NCBI GenBank assembly: GCA_046757165.1
Contig: JBHHXT010000017.1
Coordinates: 1-49,202 of the forward strand
Direction: 5' to 3'
Length of the DNA stretch: 49,202 bases
Source of the DNA: a bacterium
GTDB taxonomy: Bacteria > Zhuqueibacterota > Zhuqueibacteria > Oceanimicrobiales > Oceanimicrobiaceae
Below are positions 35,485 to 44,017 of the stretch, one piece after another. Positions within the stretch are counted from its first letter, which is position 1; each line of letters starts with the position of its first letter. A model generated the notes under the pieces. That model saw only the letters and a list, made by a program, of their open reading frames with translations. It searched no databases and was not told the DNA's origin. The translations under genes were made by a program, and so were the position numbers.

Positions 35485-38112
35485 ATGTCGCAAGGAAACT
35501 TTAGAATAATCGGCCGCATTCTTGAGTCGTTGCGGCGTATCCAGACCAAAGAGATCAGCTGGGGCCGGACTCTGATCTATTCAGCGATCTGGTTCCTTTC
35601 TTTTGCGGCGCTTGCCTATCCTGCGGGTGGACCGAACAGCACAAGCTTTGCTATCTTCATCGTTCACGTCATCTTTTGGTTTCGACTGGTTGACGAGCTG
35701 GTGCAGCGGTTGCGCCCCCCGAACGAGCTGCTGATCTTGCTTGTCTTTCCTGTGTATCTGCTGGAATCTGCACTTTTGCAGGCCGCCTACCGCTCTGGCA
35801 TGGGTGCGATGCCATCGTTCAGTCTGAATTCTGTTGCCCTTGTGGTTCTGCAAATCATCACTCTTGCCGGCCTGATTTTGCCGTTGAGTGTGTTTTTGGT
35901 GCAAAACTGTCAGGGCAAAAAGGGTGTCCTGATCGGGTTTGTCCTGGTGGCCTGGATCGGTGTCGGCATGGTCGAGAGCGAGAGTGCTTCTTTCGATCTC
36001 TTGCTGCAAATGGTGCTGTTTGTCTTGCTGCTGCGCCGAACGACCTGGCTTGAAGCGTTAACCAAGGCCGAGTGTTGGCTCTACCTCGTTTTGGGTTACT
36101 TTGCCTTCCGGTGGCTTTCCGGCTTGCAGCCGTTTTCAGGGATATCGGCGGCGGAGGTCTCGCGTGCAACTCTGTGGTTTTCCGGGCCAAAGTTCTTGTT
36201 TTTCTTGTTTAAGATGTACCTGCTCGCGGTTCTGGTGAAGATCCCTATCGTCCTGGTTTACAATTTCGCCAGTCTTTCCAGAAAACTGAAAATATCGAGT
36301 TTGTTTCAGTCCACGTTTCCGCAGATTATCCAGTTGGGCATGCTGCTCATCATCTTTTATTTTTTCGTCGTCGGGCTTCAGGCTGAAAAGCTGCGCAAAG
36401 CCGTTTTTGCCGCCACGAAGCGGATCAATTCCACCGAGGACTTCGCATCGATTCGAATTGGTTCCCGGGGATGGGATTCTCATTTCGTCGTGGCTGGATA
36501 TGTGCCGCTTCGTGTGCCCGAGCACCTGCCCGAGCTCGCCATTGTGGCCCTGGACAGGGATTCGCGTTCCAGGGGCGAAAGAGATTATTTCATCTTCCTT
36601 CAGCCCGCGGAGCAAGACAGCGTCTCTTTGATCAAGATAGATTCCACTCTCCTGACTCAAATCGAGAAAGACCTGTCTATTCTGGCAGGGTCTGAGCTGG
36701 CGGCCTATCCGTATTCGCCACACAACTGGGAGACGTATGTGTACAATTTCAGCCTGGGAGATCTCAGTTTCTGGGGCGAGCGAGGCAATCTACAGATCTT
36801 CCCTTTTGCTGTGCACGGCAGCAAGCGCCGGCAAGCTGTGTCGATTTCTCTGGGTGACACTTCGGATGCGGCTGATTGGCAGGTTGAATTGGATGAGGAA
36901 GAGGTGATGCCAAATCCTGTCGCGACCGGCCGGGTCATCGCCTCTGTTTTTGGCGCAAATGAAACCGGCCCGCAATTTTTTGCCTTTGAAATTCTGAGCG
37001 GCCTTGACCTTACGTTTTTTACCACCACGTTGCTTAGTTTCATTCTTTTCCTGACTCTGGTCTATTTTCTGGTCAACCTGCTGATCACCCGCAGGATGGT
37101 CAGGTTTGGCTCTGAAATCAACCGCAGCATCGTGCAGAAGTTTAGTCAGCTCCGGGACGGCATTCGAGAGATTTCGGGAGGAAACCTGGATTACAAAGTC
37201 AAAATCGAAGGCAAGGACGAGTTCGTGGAACTGGCGGAGCGCTTCAACCAGATGGGTGACAACCTCAAGGCGTCTATCGCCGAGACGCGCGAGAAGGAGC
37301 GGCTGCAGCACGAGTTGACCATCGCGCGCCAGGTGCAGCTCGATCTGCTGCCGCGCAAACTTCCGGAAGTGCCGGGCTTCGAAATCGCGGCCATTCTCAA
37401 AACCGCCAACGAGGTCGGGGGCGATTTTTACGATGTTCTCGAGTTGGACGACAAACACTACCTTTTTACCATCGGGGATGTCTCCGGTAAAGGCACCTCC
37501 GCAGCTTTTTATATGGCACAGTGCATCAGCCTGATCCGCTACTCGCCGCAGTTCACTGACAGGCCGGATAAGATCGCCTGTCGCCTGAACAAATACTTCT
37601 CCGACCCCATGGTGGACCGGCAAGTGTTCGTGACCGCAATCATCGGCGTTCTGAATGTCAAAGAAAGCAGGCTGCGGTTTGTGCGCGCCGGTCACCCGCT
37701 GCCTCTTTTCATCCCAGGCGATGCCTCCGGGGAGATTGGTGAAATCGAGACCAGGGGCCTGGGGATCGGTCTGGAGAAGAACGGTCGGCTATTCGAGATG
37801 ACACTCGAACAAGAAGACATTGCGCTCGAGCCCGGCGACATGCTCGTGTTTTATACCGACGGTGTCGAGGAGGCTGCGCGGGCCGGTTCGAACCCCGGCA
37901 CGGCCGTTCGTGAAATTGAGTTCTACACGCCGGAGAGACTGAAGAGCAAGTTGAGTCAACTCCGAGGCCAAACGCCGGCCGCTATCCTGGATGCACTCAC
38001 CGAGGACATCAAGCACTTCTATGGCGGGAGCGCACAGGTGGACGACTATACCCTTTTGATTATCCAGAAGGCAGCGCTTCATCGAAAGGACGCGTCACGC
38101 ACATCATTGTGA
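35485..38112 (+). CDS. Multi-TM HAMP / SpoIIE (PP2C) phosphatase
   Basis: Many N-terminal TMs, extracytoplasmic domain, HAMP (KDEFVELAERFNQM), EVGGDFYD, GDVSGKG, YTDGVEE, DDYT; start 35431 or 35485. Confidence 0.88.
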   Translation: MSQGNFRIIGRILESLRRIQTKEISWGRTLIYSAIWFLSFAALAYPAGGPNSTSFAIFIVHVIFWFRLVDELVQRLRPPNELLILLVFPVYLLESALLQAAYRSGMGAMPSFSLNSVALVVLQIITLAGLILPLSVFLVQNCQGKKGVLIGFVLVAWIGVGMVESESASFDLLLQMVLFVLLLRRTTWLEALTKAECWLYLVLGYFAFRWLSGLQPFSGISAAEVSRATLWFSGPKFLFFLFKMYLLAVLVKIPIVLVYNFASLSRKLKISSLFQSTFPQIIQLGMLLIIFYFFVVGLQAEKLRKAVFAATKRINSTEDFASIRIGSRGWDSHFVVAGYVPLRVPEHLPELAIVALDRDSRSRGERDYFIFLQPAEQDSVSLIKIDSTLLTQIEKDLSILAGSELAAYPYSPHNWETYVYNFSLGDLSFWGERGNLQIFPFAVHGSKRRQAVSISLGDTSDAADWQVELDEEEVMPNPVATGRVIASVFGANETGPQFFAFEILSGLDLTFFTTTLLSFILFLTLVYFLVNLLITRRMVRFGSEINRSIVQKFSQLRDGIREISGGNLDYKVKIEGKDEFVELAERFNQMGDNLKASIAETREKERLQHELTIARQVQLDLLPRKLPEVPGFEIAAILKTANEVGGDFYDVLELDDKHYLFTIGDVSGKGTSAAFYMAQCISLIRYSPQFTDRPDKIACRLNKYFSDPMVDRQVFVTAIIGVLNVKESRLRFVRAGHPLPLFIPGDASGEIGEIETRGLGIGLEKNGRLFEMTLEQEDIALEPGDMLVFYTDGVEEAARAGSNPGTAVREIEFYTPERLKSKLSQLRGQTPAAILDALTEDIKHFYGGSAQVDDYTLLIIQKAALHRKDASRTSL

Positions 38113-38299
38113 CCGGCGCCCGGAATTGCCTCCTTGTGGAAACAAATCGCCTCTCTCTTTCAACAAGACCGGACTATTGAAACGGATCCTGTCTATTGAG
38201 GCCGGGTTTTCCTTTTCACAAAAAAGCGCAAATTACAGCAACAACAAGTTAAGCATGGAGAGAGTGTGTTAAGAGACGTTTTTTGCACTGCACTGGTGT

Positions 38300-38530
38300 C
38301 TATTCAAGAATCTCGAGAACCGCTCGCCTGCCTGTTTTTGCCGAAGCTGCGGCCAGCAGTGTTCGCAGAGCTCGTGCATTCTGGCCCCTTCGTCCAACCA
38401 CCTTGCCCATATCACCCCGTCCCACCCGCAACTCCAATACGACGGTTCGTTCACCCTCGATTTCGTTCACCTGTACTTCCTCGGGATTGTCTACCAAATG
38501 CTTGACGATAAAGATGAGGTACTCCTTCAT
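38300..38530 (-). CDS. khpA: KH-domain RNA-binding protein KhpA (copy 1)
   Basis: LVDNPEEV...DMGKVVGRRG..ARALRTLL; GGAGGTG RBS; 76 aa. Confidence 0.9.
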   Translation of the reverse strand: MKEYLIFIVKHLVDNPEEVQVNEIEGERTVVLELRVGRGDMGKVVGRRGQNARALRTLLAAASAKTGRRAVLEILE

Positions 38531-38712
38531 TTCATCACCTCCATTTGATTCTGTGTCCACTTTCCAATTCAGAATTTGACTTGAGATCTCCAAAGGTGCA
38601 AAATGGTACTTCAAAACCAAAAAAGCAAGGAAAACATTGTCTATTTGCCCACGACCGTTATGGTTCCTGGCGGTCTCTTTTCGTCACCTGACCGGATCTC
38701 AAAAGAAAATCC

Positions 38713-38740
38713 TTGACAAATATGAAAATATTGTTACCAT
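38713..38740 (+). promoter_or_regulatory. sigma70-type promoter for the radical SAM gene
   Basis: TTGACA-16 nt-TACCAT with TGn extended -10. Confidence 0.6.
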
Positions 38741-38809
38741 TTAAGTCAATATCTTTCTTGCCTTTAAAAGAAACAGCCCCTTTCACATCACTCTACCAGA
38801 GGAATGCCC

Positions 38810-40432
38810 ATGAAAGTAGCCTATGTCAATCCGATTTTTCCAGATACGCTATGGAGTTTCCGTGGCATCAGAAGCATAACCGGCGTCAAGACGGCTTTCG
38901 CGCCACTTGGACTTGCCACGGCGGTAGCGCTGACCCCGAGGGAGTGGGAAATAGAGATCTATGATGAAGAAATTGAGGTGATAGATTTTGACACCGATGC
39001 GGATGTGATCGCATTGACAGCCTTTAATGTCCAGACGCAGAGGGCTTCGAAGATTGCCGCTGAGTTCAGAAGAAGGGGCAAGCATGTGGCGCTCGGCGGG
39101 CCTTACGCTTCGCTTTGTCCGGATAGCGTGAGACCTTATGTGGACACGGTCATTTCCGGGGAATGCGAGTACATCTGGCCGGAGTTTCTCAACGACTTCG
39201 AGCATGGCCGGCATAAGGATTTCTACCGTCAGGAGGAGAAGGTGAACATGGCGGACTCGCCGGTGCCGGCGTTCGACAGGTTCGATGTCAGTGCCTACCA
39301 GTCTTTCTACATTCAAACCACTCGCGGCTGCCCATTTGACTGCGAGTTTTGCGATATCATCATTACCGATGGCCGGATTCCGCGCACCAAATCTGTGCAG
39401 CAAGTGATGATCGAGGTCGAGACTCTGCGCAAGTTGGGCGTGCAGTATGTTCAGTTTAGCGATGCCAATTATATCGCGAACACGAAGTTCGCCAAGGAGC
39501 TGACCGCCGAGTTGATTCACTTCAGCAAAGCGAACAATTATCCCATCACGTTCGCATGTGAGGCGACGTTGAATTTGGCCCGGAAAGATGAGTTGTTGAC
39601 CCTGATGCAGGAAGCAAATTTCGAGAATGTTTTCATCGGCATCGAGTCGCCGCGGACTTCGAGTCTGTTGGAGACCAACAAGCGTCAGAATACACACGGT
39701 TCGATTATCGATGATGTGCATAAGATACAATCGTACAACATGGTGGTGATAGCGGGCATGATTGTGGGATTTGACCATGACGACAAGGCGATTTTCCAGG
39801 AGCAATTCGATTTTTTGATGGAGGCAGGCATTCCTTTCACGACGGCGGGGGTTTTGGTGGCCATCGAAACGACGCCGCTTTATGACCGGTTGCAGCGCGA
39901 GGGACGTTTGTTAGAGTATAACGATCAATACAAAGGCCACGGTTCCGACGATTTGAACTTCCTTCCCAAACTGATGACGCGGGAAGAAGTGTTGCAAGGG
40001 TACAATTGGCTGGTGCGGGCGCTCTACGCTTACGACAACTATTCAAAGCGGTTGGTGACCGCGGTTCAAAATTTCACACCGGGCTTGACCCGCACGCGGC
40101 AGAACAATCCGTTTGTGACTGGCAAGACGCCCCGAATTTTGTTTAACCTTCTGAAACATTTTGTCTTCACAAAAGACAAGAAACGCCGCCGGTTCTTTTT
40201 CAAAACTCTCAGGGAGAGCTTTCGGGGTCATGGTTCAATCCGTAAGTTTGTCGAGGTGACCACGTTTATGACGCTGCACAAGCACTTCCATGAATATGTC
40301 ACCAAGACACACGGCGACCCGGAAGGCGTTGGTGCGCGTTCGCCCTTCTATGCCGAGACGATGGCCGGGCGCAATGGTCGCGCCGCAACCGTCGTCAAGC
40401 CGGAAATGGAGGAAGATCGTGTGGACGCCTGA
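38810..40432 (+). CDS. B12-binding-domain radical SAM protein
   Basis: PLGLAT and LGGPYAS cobalamin-binding region, RGCPFDCEFCD (CxxxCxxC), FIGIESP, GMIVGFDHD. Confidence 0.88.
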   Translation: MKVAYVNPIFPDTLWSFRGIRSITGVKTAFAPLGLATAVALTPREWEIEIYDEEIEVIDFDTDADVIALTAFNVQTQRASKIAAEFRRRGKHVALGGPYASLCPDSVRPYVDTVISGECEYIWPEFLNDFEHGRHKDFYRQEEKVNMADSPVPAFDRFDVSAYQSFYIQTTRGCPFDCEFCDIIITDGRIPRTKSVQQVMIEVETLRKLGVQYVQFSDANYIANTKFAKELTAELIHFSKANNYPITFACEATLNLARKDELLTLMQEANFENVFIGIESPRTSSLLETNKRQNTHGSIIDDVHKIQSYNMVVIAGMIVGFDHDDKAIFQEQFDFLMEAGIPFTTAGVLVAIETTPLYDRLQREGRLLEYNDQYKGHGSDDLNFLPKLMTREEVLQGYNWLVRALYAYDNYSKRLVTAVQNFTPGLTRTRQNNPFVTGKTPRILFNLLKHFVFTKDKKRRRFFFKTLRESFRGHGSIRKFVEVTTFMTLHKHFHEYVTKTHGDPEGVGARSPFYAETMAGRNGRAATVVKPEMEEDRVDA

Positions 40433-40499
40433 GCGCCTATCTTAAATGCGGGAGATTTGCTTAGTCATCACGTGTGGGTGCACGTGGGCAGTCGCTCGT

Positions 40500-40730
40500 C
40501 TAGTCGACAATATCGAGAACAGACCGTCTGCCTGTTTTGGCAGAAGCTGCTGCCAAAAGGGTTCGCAGGGCTATGGCAGTCTGTCCTTTCCGTCCAATCA
40601 CTTTCCCCATATCACCTCGTCCGACACGCAGCTCGAATACATCGGTCTGGTCACCGTCAATTTCGCTCACTTCAACCTCCTCAGGCTTGTCTACTAAATG
40701 CCTGGCGATAAACAATAGGAAATCTTTCAT
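40500..40730 (-). CDS. khpA: KH-domain RNA-binding protein KhpA (copy 2)
   Basis: LVDKPEEV...DMGKVIGRKG..AIALRTLL; 76 aa. Confidence 0.88.
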   Translation of the reverse strand: MKDFLLFIARHLVDKPEEVEVSEIDGDQTDVFELRVGRGDMGKVIGRKGQTAIALRTLLAAASAKTGRRSVLDIVD

Positions 40731-40844
40731 GTTCTGCACTCCGATTGAGTCTCGATATTCACGATGGTTCTCGAGAAACACACGTTGCCGTACACGCGTT
40801 CTCTTCTGGCTGGCATTTCCTGCATGCCGTCACACTTGAACTAG

Positions 40845-42797
40845 TCAAAGTGTGACGTTGAGTGTAAATTCTCCGCTGCCGCGGTAGCTCCGCACCATGA
40901 TATAGTAACGCCCGGGTGTTTCCGGCTTGATTTTGAGCACCTCATCTGGACCTTGTGTCCAGGCCCTTTGGTCGAAGTCGGTTGTCGTCGGTGGCGTCCC
41001 CCTCCTGGTGTAAAGGTCGAAATCGATGCCGCCCGGTCCGGCAAGCGTTATTGTGGCCGGGGCTGGCAGGTCTAGTGCAAATAATTTTTCAGCGCCTGTG
41101 GCCGACAGCACGCCGTTCGCCGAGGCGCGCAGGACGAGTTCTTCATGGCTGGTGTCCTCGCCGTTTGCTGCAAGCTGTACAGCCCGGGCCGCATCCGGCC
41201 GGCCATAGCCATACAATGGGCTATGGCCTTCGCTGTTGTAGGTGCCGCCCATTTCATCTATCCTGACGGCTGCCCGCCGGAGAATATCTTTGACCTGATG
41301 CCAGCGTAGAGCAGGATTTGCAGCCAGGATAAGCGCCGCAATCCCTGCGACTCCGGGACAGGCGCTGGAGGTTCCGCCAAACGTTTCTGTATAATTTCCG
41401 TGCTCGTCTCCCGGCGGCTCTGACCCGTTCGGAGAGAGAATGCCGGGGTTATAGCCGGCGCGGCCTTCGCGGTCCGTGGTCCAGATGCCGGGTGTTTGCG
41501 GTTCCGGATGGTTGAATGGTGCATGGCCAAAATCGCTGCTTGGGAAGGCGCACCAGACGGAGTCTCCGAAGTCGCTGTAGACGCAGCGCGTGTTTCTATC
41601 GTTGCAGGCAGCGACGGCGATCACCTTGTCGTAGCTGGCGTAGCCATCATTTTCTACGCTTTCGTTACCATTGCCAGCGGCCCACGCAATGACGCAGCCC
41701 TTCCCGTCGCGACCCTGACGGATGGCATAGTCGATAGCGAGGCGGGTACTGTCAGGCAAACGCACGGTGTGGTTGTGCCGGGCATCATCAGGATTCCACC
41801 AGGCGCCATCCACCGGGCCCCAACTGCAGGAAATGACATCGGCACCGTGATTTGCCGCCCACTCGAACGCCTCTGCTTCGGCCTGAGAACCAAGACTGGA
41901 GCGTAGACGAATGGGCATGAGCTTTGCTTCAGGCGCCACGCCAGAGGCATGATGCTGCCCGGCTGCACACGCCACGCCGGCGCACGCCGTCCCGTGATTG
42001 TCCGCACCCGTGCGATCTTTGGGGCGGGCATCGTCGCTATCTTCGGTCACGTCTCTGGGGTGAACGATTTTGCCCCGGAGATCAAACTCTTCATGGTCGA
42101 TGTCGACGCCATCATCGATGATGGCGATGACAATATCTTTGCCCCTGGTGACCTCCCAGGCGGCGGTGACGTTAACGTGTGCGTCAATTGTTCGTCCGTT
42201 GATCCGGGCTTGCTGCAAGTGCCACTGTTGCGGGGCGATGGCCCGCCGGCGGGCCTCCCGGACGATCTCGGGGTGGCAAAGCTCGACATCCTTTTCATCC
42301 AGGAGCTCTTGCGCGATGCGAAAGATATCGAGACCGGTACCCTCAGGCGCGGCGACAAAATAGGCATTGGTTGCATACGTGGGTTTTTTCTTTACCCGCA
42401 GGTCATATTTCTTCAGTGTGGCTTCGCACGCCTCGCTGCCGAGCCCGTCTTTGAATTTCACAAAAAAGTTTTCAGTATAGACAATGGGTGCGCCCTGGTT
42501 CTCCTGCCGCAGAACGCGGCCGGCGAAACGTACAGCTTGCTCTTGCTTGAGCACCCGGCGCGCCTGGTCTCGCAGGTGCACCAGGCGGTCCTGCGCTTGT
42601 CGACTTTTGAGCACAGAAACGCCGGCATCTGGAAACTGCAGCACCGCCGTGAGCTGGGCCAGGACGTTCTTGCCCTGCTTCGATTGCACCGCCTGCGCTA
42701 AAGTCTTGTTCTTTTTCGTCCGGACGACGACAAGGTCGTCGGCTAGTTCTAACCGAATGGTGGTGCCGTTCTTCCCACCGTATTTATAAGAATACAT
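40845..42797 (-). CDS. Subtilisin-family S8 serine protease with C-terminal PPC domain
   Basis: Triad IIDDG / NHGTACAG / FGGTSSA, oxyanion AAGN, C-terminal DFDLY..R...GRYYIMV; no signal peptide seen. Confidence 0.9.
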   Translation of the reverse strand: MYSYKYGGKNGTTIRLELADDLVVVRTKKNKTLAQAVQSKQGKNVLAQLTAVLQFPDAGVSVLKSRQAQDRLVHLRDQARRVLKQEQAVRFAGRVLRQENQGAPIVYTENFFVKFKDGLGSEACEATLKKYDLRVKKKPTYATNAYFVAAPEGTGLDIFRIAQELLDEKDVELCHPEIVREARRRAIAPQQWHLQQARINGRTIDAHVNVTAAWEVTRGKDIVIAIIDDGVDIDHEEFDLRGKIVHPRDVTEDSDDARPKDRTGADNHGTACAGVACAAGQHHASGVAPEAKLMPIRLRSSLGSQAEAEAFEWAANHGADVISCSWGPVDGAWWNPDDARHNHTVRLPDSTRLAIDYAIRQGRDGKGCVIAWAAGNGNESVENDGYASYDKVIAVAACNDRNTRCVYSDFGDSVWCAFPSSDFGHAPFNHPEPQTPGIWTTDREGRAGYNPGILSPNGSEPPGDEHGNYTETFGGTSSACPGVAGIAALILAANPALRWHQVKDILRRAAVRIDEMGGTYNSEGHSPLYGYGRPDAARAVQLAANGEDTSHEELVLRASANGVLSATGAEKLFALDLPAPATITLAGPGGIDFDLYTRRGTPPTTTDFDQRAWTQGPDEVLKIKPETPGRYYIMVRSYRGSGEFTLNVTL

Positions 42798-43644
42798 GGT
42801 TCATCTCCTCTTGGTTTTGGTCTTTGACCAACGGCCTTTGGAGCACATAAAAACACCGTCCGCGATCGCAAGAGAATTGCGTCACTTGATGGCCGCTGTT
42901 CAAATAGTGTACAAAGACTCGCCGCGTGTTCATGCGCCATTGCGCTGCCTGCGGCAGGGAAAGTTCCTGAATTCTGGCGATGTCTTTGGGAATTTCCACC
43001 CGGACGTTGTCTGCGAGCACGAGCTCCTGGTCGACGGGAACAAGCTCATCGCCACGCCACTCCGCGTTGACCACGGGGGCATTGTCGAGGTGCCTTTTTG
43101 ATGCCGCCGGCATCTCGCCAGACAGGATTCTGTGAACGTTGGCGTCGGCCAGCGGCCATTGCACGATAAAGCGGTCCAGGCTCATGCCGCGGTGTAGCTC
43201 GCTCCCGTTGTCCGACGGATACATTTCTTCAACGTAGCTTTGAATCCTGGCCCCCAGCTTGTTCAGATTCAAATGGGCATTGCGTGCCACGAGCGGGTCA
43301 TATGTCCAGTAGACAAACTCGATGCCACGTTCGAGCAGCAGCTCGCGCTGAAACAGCTTGAGCTGTCGCCCGATGCCCTGGCCTCGAACCTCTGTTCTGA
43401 CGGCCAGCATCTGCGACCAGTTCATGAGATGGTTTTCCATCAGCCCCGCCTGGCTAAAGACGAAACCAACGAGTTTGCCGTTTTCATCGAATGCCCCGGC
43501 GACGATGCCGCCGAGCTTTTGCGCAATCATCAAGATTGTGGGGGGGACGATTTCTGTAAAGTCCTGGCCCCAGGTTTCTTGCTGCAGCTCGACACAGGCA
43601 TGGTAGTCTGCGTGGGTCTGCATCTCACGGTAGGTCACTTTCAT
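42784..43644 (-). CDS. GNAT-family acyltransferase
   Basis: VRGQGIGRQLKLFQR acetyl-CoA motif, WTYDPL.ARNAHLNLNKLGA, DRF...W; start 43644 or 43653. Confidence 0.85.
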   Translation of the reverse strand: MKVTYREMQTHADYHACVELQQETWGQDFTEIVPPTILMIAQKLGGIVAGAFDENGKLVGFVFSQAGLMENHLMNWSQMLAVRTEVRGQGIGRQLKLFQRELLLERGIEFVYWTYDPLVARNAHLNLNKLGARIQSYVEEMYPSDNGSELHRGMSLDRFIVQWPLADANVHRILSGEMPAASKRHLDNAPVVNAEWRGDELVPVDQELVLADNVRVEIPKDIARIQELSLPQAAQWRMNTRRVFVHYLNSGHQVTQFSCDRGRCFYVLQRPLVKDQNQEEMNHVFL

Positions 43645-43674
43645 CGTGCTCACTTTGAGTTGAGATGTGACGTA

Positions 43675-43703
43675 AGTATAGCAATTTAGTGAAACTTTGT
43701 CAA
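43675..43703 (-). promoter_or_regulatory. Near-consensus sigma70 promoter for the GNAT-S8 operon
   Basis: Minus strand TTGACA-17 nt-TATACT with TGn extended -10. Confidence 0.8.
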
Positions 43704-44017
43704 CTACTTAGCTGTTGTTCTTGAGCTTGCTGATAGCTTTGCGGATGCTGTGTGAGGCAATATGGTATCGAAGTCATGAAAAACAGCACCAGCCATTTGC
43801 CTCAAATTTTCTGCATTTGGCTGCGCTTGCGCGTAAAAAATTGCGTTCTATAACCTTGAAGAGTGTTTATTCAGAAAACGTTTATTCAAGGTTCTTCTTC
43901 TCTTCGTATTGGATTGACTCAATCCAGCCGCCGACCGCAACTCTCCAAATTGAATTCAAGGGGGATTCAAGATAGAGTATGTTGTGTTAGTAGTCGAAAA
44001 CCAGCAGGCAATCTTCA

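Noticed and set aside
38810..43644. Possible RiPP cluster (radical SAM, S8 protease, GNAT)
   Set aside because: No precursor peptide or transporter seen; the genes are on opposite strands with separate promoters; the small ORFs are KhpA proteins
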